Positions 57,306 through 64,000 of a stretch of DNA of 64,000 nucleotides are shown here, piece after piece. Each line of letters begins with the position of its first letter. The first letter of the stretch is position 1. Origin of the DNA: Candidatus Latescibacterota bacterium. GTDB taxonomy: Bacteria; Latescibacterota; UBA2968; UBA8231. A program made the position numbers and the translations under genes. The notes under the pieces are model-generated. The model made no database searches, was not told the DNA's origin, and saw only the letters and a list, made by a program, of their open reading frames with translations. Location of the stretch: the NCBI GenBank assembly GCA_965243025.1, contig CBDETY010000003.1, positions 1,088,001 to 1,152,000 of the forward strand, given 5' to 3'.

Positions 57306-58118
57306 GTGACTGCGAATACCAATGGCCATGCCGATGTCGTTCCGATGACGGAGGAACAGAAGTTCGTCTTCGATCTCAAGGGCTGGATCGCCATCCCCGG
57401 CGTCCTCGACGACGACGAGATAGAAGCGGTGAAGGCCCACGTCATCGCCCTGAAGGAGGACCCCGATTCGCTCGACCCGCTGGAGCGCTACGCGGTGGGC
57501 GGCCCCTCGCAGATCCTTCTCGACCACCCGGTGGTGGTCGGGGTGCTGCGGGAGATACTCGCCGGGGACCGCGGCGAGGACTGCTACGGCTTCCGCTGCG
57601 AGAACGGCTTCAACATGGTGCGCCGCAGCGATTTCAAGGGACTCGCTCCGCACGGTGGCGGGGTCGGCACCGGCATGTTCGCCTACCAGTGCGTCAACCG
57701 GGCGATCTTCAGCGGCCTGACCCGCGTCGTCTGGGAGCTGAACCCGGTCGAGGAAGGGGACGGGGGCACCCTCTTCATGTCCGGGTCGCACAAGGCGAAC
57801 TTCCCGATTCACCAAGACCACCGGAACCTGGACTCGCCGCTCTTCGAGTCGTACGTCTGCCCGCCCGGGTCGGTGGTGATTTTCTCGGAGAGCGTCTGTC
57901 ACGCCGGTCCGCTCTGGACCAACGAGGAACGGCCGCGCATCGCCGTGTTCAACTGCTACAGCCGCGCCGAGTCCCAGTACCACAAGACCAACCTGCCCCT
58001 CGAGGTCATACGGACCATGCCCCCGAAGCGGCAGACCCTGTTCCGCGGGGTCTGGGTGCACGATTTCTCGCGCGGCCAGCCGAACGACTACTTCGACCCC
58101 GAAAACCTGGCACTGTAG
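57306..58118 (+). CDS. PhyH-like protein, HxG variant
   Basis: AGGAG RBS then GTG; FDLKGW, PHGGG, SGSHK, ESVCHAG...R. Confidence 0.85.
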   Translation: MTANTNGHADVVPMTEEQKFVFDLKGWIAIPGVLDDDEIEAVKAHVIALKEDPDSLDPLERYAVGGPSQILLDHPVVVGVLREILAGDRGEDCYGFRCENGFNMVRRSDFKGLAPHGGGVGTGMFAYQCVNRAIFSGLTRVVWELNPVEEGDGGTLFMSGSHKANFPIHQDHRNLDSPLFESYVCPPGSVVIFSESVCHAGPLWTNEERPRIAVFNCYSRAESQYHKTNLPLEVIRTMPPKRQTLFRGVWVHDFSRGQPNDYFDPENLAL

Positions 58119-58127
58119 TGGCTTCCC

Positions 58128-58267
58128 GCACGAGTCCGAGCAGGTGCGAAGGCGACGATGCCCCCGGCTCGCAAGGGTCTGAGCGAGTCTTACGAGGTGA
58201 GTACGGCCGGGGAATGCAACACCGCGAGCCGGGATGCATCCGGGGGCGAATTCATCCGGACTTGCGC
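58128..58267. repeat. Structured palindromic intergenic element
   Basis: Nested inverted repeats AGTCCG/CGGACT, GATGC/GCATC and CCCGGCTCGC/GCGAGCCGGG. Confidence 0.5.
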
Positions 58268-58282
58268 ACGCAGGAACTGACA

Positions 58283-59473
58283 ATGAGCAACCCCAACGTG
58301 GAGCCGCTGGCCCAGGATTTCGTCGTCGCCGCCAGGGTCCCCGACCACACCGGCTTCTTCTTCCACGACCCCAACCTCGGCCGGCTTACCGACGGCACCC
58401 TGCTGATCGCCGCCCCCCAGTGGCCGCGCCCCGGCGTGCGGGCCCGGCGCGAGCTGCGCATTTCCCGCAGCGGCGACGGCGGCCGCAGCTGGCAGGAACT
58501 CGACACGCTGCCGTACCAGGAAGGGATCCCGTTCGAGCTCGACGGCGAGCTGCTGATGTTCGTCCAGGAGGAGAGCCACCGGGACGTCGAGATCGTCGCC
58601 AGCGGCGACCGCGGGGGCACGTGGAGCGAGCCGGTCACCGTGCTGGAAGGTCCGCTGTGGAACATCTCCACGGCGCGGGTGGTGCGCGGCGACCGCATCT
58701 TCTGGGCCGTCGACCGCGACCTGCCGGGAGTCGGGCACGGCGGCAAGACCATGCTGACCTGCGACCGAAGCCGGTCCCCTCTCGACCCGGCGGCCTGGAG
58801 CGTTTCCAACGTCGTCGAACCGCCCGAGTTGCCCGCGGCGCTGACGCGCAATCTCTACCCCCGGGGAGAGGACCCCCGGGTGTTCCCCTACTGGAGCGGC
58901 GACTTCAAATGGCTCGAGCCGAACACCGTCGACGTCGGCGGCCGCATCCGCGTCTTCGCGCGCACCGTCATCGACCAGTACGCCTCCGCCCACCTCGCCG
59001 CGGTCCTCGACTACGACGAGGAGGAGAACCGCCTGAGCTTCACGCAGCTGGCCGCCTGGCCGGGAGGGCAGTGCAAGTTCTTCATCCTTCCGGACGAGGA
59101 ACACCGGCGCTACTGGATGCTCGGCAACCTCGTCACCAACTCCCAGGACCTGCTCGGCTGGGGGCCGCGCCTGCGCGAATCCGGGTTTCACGGCGGTCCG
59201 GGGAACGAGCGGCGCTGGCTGTTCCTCCACTACAGCATCGACTGCCTGAACTGGTTTCCCGCCGGATGCGTGGCGCGCTGGCCCGGCTCGGTCCTGCGCA
59301 GCTTCATGTACCCGAGCGCGGTGATCGACGGCGACGACCTCGTCGTCCTCTCCCGCAGCACCCGCGACTCGGGAGATCAGCACGACGCCGACCTGTGCAC
59401 GATCCACCGGGTGCGCGATTTCCGCTCCCTGGCGATGGACCTCCACCGCGGCGGACTGCACGAAAGGAGCTGA
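58283..59473 (+). CDS. Sialidase-like (BNR/Asp-box) beta-propeller protein
   Basis: Asp-boxes SGDGGRSW and SGDRGGTW; S.D..NW; YP. Confidence 0.8.
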   Translation: MSNPNVEPLAQDFVVAARVPDHTGFFFHDPNLGRLTDGTLLIAAPQWPRPGVRARRELRISRSGDGGRSWQELDTLPYQEGIPFELDGELLMFVQEESHRDVEIVASGDRGGTWSEPVTVLEGPLWNISTARVVRGDRIFWAVDRDLPGVGHGGKTMLTCDRSRSPLDPAAWSVSNVVEPPELPAALTRNLYPRGEDPRVFPYWSGDFKWLEPNTVDVGGRIRVFARTVIDQYASAHLAAVLDYDEEENRLSFTQLAAWPGGQCKFFILPDEEHRRYWMLGNLVTNSQDLLGWGPRLRESGFHGGPGNERRWLFLHYSIDCLNWFPAGCVARWPGSVLRSFMYPSAVIDGDDLVVLSRSTRDSGDQHDADLCTIHRVRDFRSLAMDLHRGGLHERS

Positions 59474-59474
59474 G

Positions 59475-60755
59475 GTGTCCGCCGCGACCGGCCTGAAATG
59501 CTACACCGACGACTGGCAGCGGACCGGGCCGGACTGCGTCGTCCATCTGCCGGAGAGGCCGGGCATGTGGGAGTACGCCGACCATGTCCACGTGTTCCAC
59601 ACCCCCGGCGGCGACATGATGTGCATCTGGACCCAGGGCAGCTTCGAGAGCTCTCCCGACACCCGCATCGTCTCGTCCCGCAGCGGCGACGGCGGCCGCA
59701 CCTGGACTCCCTGCGCCCCGATCGCCGAGGCCGAGGGCCCCAACCTGACCCCGGGGCTCGCCTTCCCCCTGGTCAGCCGCTCCGGCCGCCTCTACTGCCT
59801 CTACAACAGGCACCGCGGCGTCGGCGACATGGGGATCTGGGCCGGCCCCATGCGCGTGCTGGTCTCCGACGACGACGGCCGCACCTGGGAGGACAGCGGC
59901 GTCGAGCACCCGTACCGGCGCACCGCGTACGACCACCCCGATCCCGCCGTACCCCCGGAGTGCATCGTCTGGCAGCAGCCGGTCCGCGACGCCGGGGACC
60001 GCCTGGTCACCGGCTTCAGCCGCTGGAGCAGCGTGATGGTCTATCCCAGGCCGATGGGGGGCAACCGCTTCCATTACGACACCCAGTGTGAGCTGATGCG
60101 CTTCGACAACATCGACGAGGGCCCGGACGCGGCCGACATCGAGATCACCTGGCTGCCGGACGAGGAGGGGACCCTGCGGGTATCCTGCGGCATCGAGCCG
60201 GACGCCTCGCGCGGCTACAGCCTGGCCGAGGAGCCGGCCGTCGCCCTGCTGCCGGACGGACGCCTGTGGATGAACATGCGCACCGTCACCGGGCGCATCT
60301 GGTACAGCGTCTCGGAGGACGACGGGCACTCCTGGAGGGAACCGGAGGTGCTGCGCTACCGCGACGGCGGCGCCGAGGTCCTGCACCCGAAGTCGCCCGA
60401 CCCGCTGTACCGCCTCGGGGACGGCCGCTACCTGCTTTTCTACCACAACCGCGACGGCTTCGATCAGAACGACACCGGTCCCTGGGACATGGAGGCGCGG
60501 CGGCCGCTGTGGCTGGCGGTGGGGGAGTTCCGCCCCGGCGCCCGCCAGCCGCTCTGGTTCAGCGAGCCCAGGCTGCTGATGGACACGCAGCGGGTGAAGG
60601 CCGGGGTCACGGCCCTGACCTGGCTCGCCATGTACGCCAGCCTGACCGAGCGGGAGGGCAGGCGGATCTTCTGGTACGCCGACCGCAAGCAGTTCGTGCT
60701 CGGAAAGGAGATCCCCGACGGGCTGCTCGCCGGCATGAGCGTGCCGGAGTCCTGA
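59475..60755 (+). CDS. Sialidase-like (BNR_2) protein
   Basis: Asp-boxes SGDGGRTW, SDDDGRTW and SEDDGHSW; EEP...LPDGRL...R. Confidence 0.85.
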   Translation: MSAATGLKCYTDDWQRTGPDCVVHLPERPGMWEYADHVHVFHTPGGDMMCIWTQGSFESSPDTRIVSSRSGDGGRTWTPCAPIAEAEGPNLTPGLAFPLVSRSGRLYCLYNRHRGVGDMGIWAGPMRVLVSDDDGRTWEDSGVEHPYRRTAYDHPDPAVPPECIVWQQPVRDAGDRLVTGFSRWSSVMVYPRPMGGNRFHYDTQCELMRFDNIDEGPDAADIEITWLPDEEGTLRVSCGIEPDASRGYSLAEEPAVALLPDGRLWMNMRTVTGRIWYSVSEDDGHSWREPEVLRYRDGGAEVLHPKSPDPLYRLGDGRYLLFYHNRDGFDQNDTGPWDMEARRPLWLAVGEFRPGARQPLWFSEPRLLMDTQRVKAGVTALTWLAMYASLTEREGRRIFWYADRKQFVLGKEIPDGLLAGMSVPES

Positions 60756-60758
60756 GGA

Positions 60759-61256
60759 ATGGCCGTTCCGCAAGCGCCCCGCACCCGCGTCGTCGAGACC
60801 CTGGACCGGCAGGGGATTCCCTACCGCCTGCTGCCCCACGGCAGGGAGGTGTTCACCGTGGAGGAAGCGGCCGGGCAGCGCGACGTGCTCATGGAGGAGA
60901 TGGTCAAGTCGATCCTGCTGCGCGACAGGAAGCGGCGGTTCGTCATGGCCTGCGTGCGCGGCGACATGCGCGTCGACCCGAAGGCGGTGCGCGCCGTCCT
61001 TGCGGACGGATTCGGCCGCCTGCAGTTCGCCTCGGCCGGCGAGATCAGGGAGATTACCGGCAGCGTGCAGGGAGCGGTGGCCCCGGTCGGCCTTCCCGAG
61101 GAAGTCCCGGTGGTCTTCGACGGGGTCATCGCCCGCTGCGAGCGCGTCAACCTCAGCAGCGGAGACCCGGCGATGGGCCTGGAGATGAAGGGGAGCGACC
61201 TGCTCGCGGTCAGCCGCGCGACCATCGCCGCCATCGCCGAGCCGCCGGAGGGATGA
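60759..61256 (+). CDS. YbaK/EbsC/ProX family aminoacyl-tRNA deacylase-like protein
   Basis: VKSILL, TG...GAVAPVG. Confidence 0.88.
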   Translation: MAVPQAPRTRVVETLDRQGIPYRLLPHGREVFTVEEAAGQRDVLMEEMVKSILLRDRKRRFVMACVRGDMRVDPKAVRAVLADGFGRLQFASAGEIREITGSVQGAVAPVGLPEEVPVVFDGVIARCERVNLSSGDPAMGLEMKGSDLLAVSRATIAAIAEPPEG

Positions 61257-61341
61257 ATGCGGGCTCGGCCACCGCTGCAGCAAGGCCCCGTCAGAAACCC
61301 AGGCGCGCCCGCGTCGGAAAATGCAGGAGAGGGAAGAACAG

Positions 61342-62208
61342 ATGACCAACGGATCGAAGCCCCTGCTGTTCGAGCAGAGCAAGGTGGCGTACGTCGACGT
61401 CGACGCCGTCGACCTGCCGCGCACCAACACCGGCGGAGAGCCGGTCGTCGACCTGACCCCTGAGCAGAGGTACCTGTTCGACACCCGGGGCTGGCTGCTG
61501 GTGCCCGGCCTGCTGGGCCGGGAGGATGTCGAGGAGATGCGGGAGTTCTGCTACCGGCTTCACCGCGAGCCGGAATCGCTGCCGGAGCATCAGCGCTGCG
61601 CGGTGGCCGGCCCCCTCGAGCGCCTGACCGACCACCCGTTCATCGTCGGGTTCATGAACGAGTTCCTCGCCCATCCCGACCTGTCGAGCCAGGACTGCTA
61701 CGGCTTCCGCATGGAGTCGACCTCCCTGTGCGTGCGCCGCCGGGGCGAGGGCGCGCCCATGCCGCACAACGGCAACGGCCTCTGGCGCATGCCGGGGGAT
61801 TCCCACAACTACCACTGCGTACCGGGCAAGGCGAACAGCGGCCTGACCTGCGTCGTCTGGGAACTGAACGAGGTCGAGAAGGGGGGCGGCGGCACCCTGC
61901 TGCTGTCCGGCAGCCACAAGGCGGCCTTCCTCGCTCCCGAAAGCCTGCGGGATCCGGACTGCCCCATGTGGACGACCTATTCCTGCCCCGCCGGATCGCT
62001 GCTGATCTTCGCCGAGAGCACGACCCACTCGACCTCACCCTGGCGCAGCGCCGAACGGGACCGCGTCGCCGTCTTCAGCCGCTACAACCACGTCAACAGC
62101 AAGTGGCACAAGTGGCAGCCCCATCCGCAGTACCTCGAGAACCTGCCTTCCAAGCGCCGCACCCTGTTCCGGCCGATCCACGTCGAGGCCAACCTGGTGG
62201 AACCCTGA
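61342..62208 (+). CDS. PhyH-like protein, HxG variant
   Basis: FDTRGWL, PHNG, SGSHK, ESTTH...R; paralogous to 57306-58118. Confidence 0.85.
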   Translation: MTNGSKPLLFEQSKVAYVDVDAVDLPRTNTGGEPVVDLTPEQRYLFDTRGWLLVPGLLGREDVEEMREFCYRLHREPESLPEHQRCAVAGPLERLTDHPFIVGFMNEFLAHPDLSSQDCYGFRMESTSLCVRRRGEGAPMPHNGNGLWRMPGDSHNYHCVPGKANSGLTCVVWELNEVEKGGGGTLLLSGSHKAAFLAPESLRDPDCPMWTTYSCPAGSLLIFAESTTHSTSPWRSAERDRVAVFSRYNHVNSKWHKWQPHPQYLENLPSKRRTLFRPIHVEANLVEP

Positions 62209-62502
62209 TGGCGGAGAGCGGGCCGGTGCAAGGCCCCGGAAGTCAACTCTTCGCCGCGGATTTCCCGAGCCCGCGCCCGGGCCGGGAGAGAGTCCGAACT
62301 GCGGGAGACCGCTGGCGCCCCCGGCCCGGTCCAGGCGGCGGCGACCGCAGACCGGCTTGGCGAACCTTCGGGAAAGCCTGAAGCCCCAAGGCCCGCACCG
62401 ATGCCCCTCGCGGCGGCCGTGGATCCACGCGGCGGGAAAATCCGGCAAGCCCGCAGCGGTAAACGGAAACAACCTCTCCCGGATTTGTGTGCAAACGCGG
62501 CA

Positions 62503-62531
62503 GTGACAGGGGTTCCTGTCCGGCATACTAT
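62503..62531 (+). promoter_or_regulatory. Putative sigma70 promoter
   Basis: GTGACA-17 nt-TACTAT, 50 nt upstream of ATG 62581. Confidence 0.55.
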
Positions 62532-62580
62532 TGTGCGCCGGAAGACCGCCTTCGATCGGCGGCCGCGCGGAGACCGATCC

Positions 62581-63384
62581 ATGGAACTGACCAAAGATCA
62601 GGTGCAGCAGTTCGAAGCCTTCGGGTTTCTGCGGCTGAAACAGCATTTCACCGGCCCCGAGACTGCCGAAATCGCCGCGGCGGCCAACGAGGTCTGGGCC
62701 GTCGAGCTCGGCCGCCCGCCCGGGGAAACCGACTGCATGTCGCTCCCGCGGATCGTCGAGCGCCACCCGCGCCTGACCGAGCTGCTCGTGCTCGACGACC
62801 GCCTGTACCGGCCGTTGCGGCAGCTGCTCGGCGGCGACATGATCTGGTCGGGGTCGGAGGGGAACCGGGGATTCGAGGAAGGCAGGACCTCCCACCACTG
62901 GCACGCCGACCGCCCCGGAAGGCGCGAGCTGGGGTACCTGCGCATCAAGGTGATGATCTACCTCGACCCGATGCGCCGGGAGCAGGGGGCCTTCCGCGTG
63001 ATACCCGGCTCCCACCTTCCCGGTTTCCACGAGCTGCTGCAGCCGATGCAGGAAGCCCACGTCGAGGGTTCCCCCGTTTTCTTCGGGATCGACGGGGCCG
63101 ACGTCCTCTGCCACGCAGTCGAGACCGACCCGGGGGACGCGGTCCTGTTCTCGCAGAACCTGTTCCACGCCGTGTACGGCAAGACCGGGGCGCGGCGCTA
63201 CATCGCCCTCAAGTACGCCTCCCGCCCAAGGGGCGACGCCGACCTCGCCTCGCTGAACGAGTGGTCGCCGTACGCCTTCGAACCGCACGAGGCGTACGCC
63301 GGCAGCGGCGATCGGCGCCTGCGGGAAATGGTGCGCGGCCTCGCCGAACTCGGTTCCCGGGCGGCGGCCCTTCCATACCCATAG
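62581..63384 (+). CDS. PhyH family dioxygenase
   Basis: FEAFGFL, WHAD, IPGSH, LFHA...RR. Confidence 0.9.
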   Translation: MELTKDQVQQFEAFGFLRLKQHFTGPETAEIAAAANEVWAVELGRPPGETDCMSLPRIVERHPRLTELLVLDDRLYRPLRQLLGGDMIWSGSEGNRGFEEGRTSHHWHADRPGRRELGYLRIKVMIYLDPMRREQGAFRVIPGSHLPGFHELLQPMQEAHVEGSPVFFGIDGADVLCHAVETDPGDAVLFSQNLFHAVYGKTGARRYIALKYASRPRGDADLASLNEWSPYAFEPHEAYAGSGDRRLREMVRGLAELGSRAAALPYP

Positions 63385-63392
63385 GAGCGCCG

Positions 63393-64000
63393 ATGAACGC
63401 TGCGGAGCTGTACGAATTCGACCGGCAGGGGTACCTCGTCATCGAGGGCATGCTGTCCCCCGGTGAAGCCGCCTCCCTGGCGGCGGCGGTCGACCGCCTC
63501 GAGGAGCACGCCGTCGCCCACGTCGACAGGCCGCCGCGCAAGAAGAGCCCGTGGGGGGCGGAGTACCACCGCAACCCCGAGATGGGGTACCACGTGCAGG
63601 GTTCCAACGCCGAGGGCAGGACGATCATCATCGAGGATTACTGGAACGCCGACCCGGCCTTCGACCTGCTGCTCGGCCACGAGCCGACCATGAAGTACGT
63701 GCACGCCGCGGTCCAGGGGCGGCCGACGATCAACAACTCGGAGATCCGCATCCGCTACACCGGCAACCAGAGCCGCAACCACGGCAGCGGCGCGCGCGAG
63801 GCGAACGGCAAGTACCGCTACCACTTCAACAGCCACGGCATCGACTGCATGATGGTGCGCATGGTCTACTTCGTCCACGACGTAAGCAACGAGCAGGGGG
63901 CCTTCTGCGTCGTGCCCGGCACCCACAAGGCGAACTTCCCGTGTCCGTACGACCCCGACCCCGACGTCGAGCCGGGCGTCGTCGGCCTCGAGGTCAAGGC
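63393..64000 (+). CDS. PhyH-like protein, HxS variant (runs off the window)
   Basis: AGGAG RBS then ATG 63393: MNAAELYEFDRQGYLVI...NHGSG...VPGTHKANF. Manual translation; not in the ORF track. Confidence 0.85.
   Translation, partial: MNAAELYEFDRQGYLVIEGMLSPGEAASLAAAVDRLEEHAVAHVDRPPRKKSPWGAEYHRNPEMGYHVQGSNAEGRTIIIEDYWNADPAFDLLLGHEPTMKYVHAAVQGRPTINNSEIRIRYTGNQSRNHGSGAREANGKYRYHFNSHGIDCMMVRMVYFVHDVSNEQGAFCVVPGTHKANFPCPYDPDPDVEPGVVGLEVK

Overview
This is a high-GC bacterial window densely packed with catabolic and redox genes: SDRs, seven PhyH-type Fe/2OG dioxygenases, amidohydrolases, sialidase/GH-like proteins, an Opp/Dpp-type ABC transporter and a VapBC pair. That content, plus FlgD-Ig secreted proteins and a C-terminal TWGxIK motif, suggests a Latescibacterota/Poribacteria-like organism (inference). 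Five things stand out. (1) A small DUF5069-like gene at 541-819 (-), missing from the ORF track, has an in-frame UGA at the family's Cys position followed by a SECIS-like hairpin, making it a candidate selenoprotein. (2) A ~21 kb locus (22.0-43.0 kb) holds five paralogous secreted proteins with a shared FlgD-Ig/CTD tail, next to a putative outer-membrane protein, a double-parvulin chaperone, TPR proteins, lipoproteins and a CRTAC1-like protein; it is a candidate uncharacterised secretion or surface-display system and includes a recent tandem duplication. (3) A GH32 homologue lacks both catalytic acids. (4) An AAA_14/DUF4143 gene has a 23-bp iteron-like array upstream and a MITE-like element downstream. 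(5) Three PhyH paralogues carry HxG/HxS instead of HxD. I saw no rRNA, tRNA, CRISPR array or transposase. All family assignments come from motif recognition by eye, not database searches.
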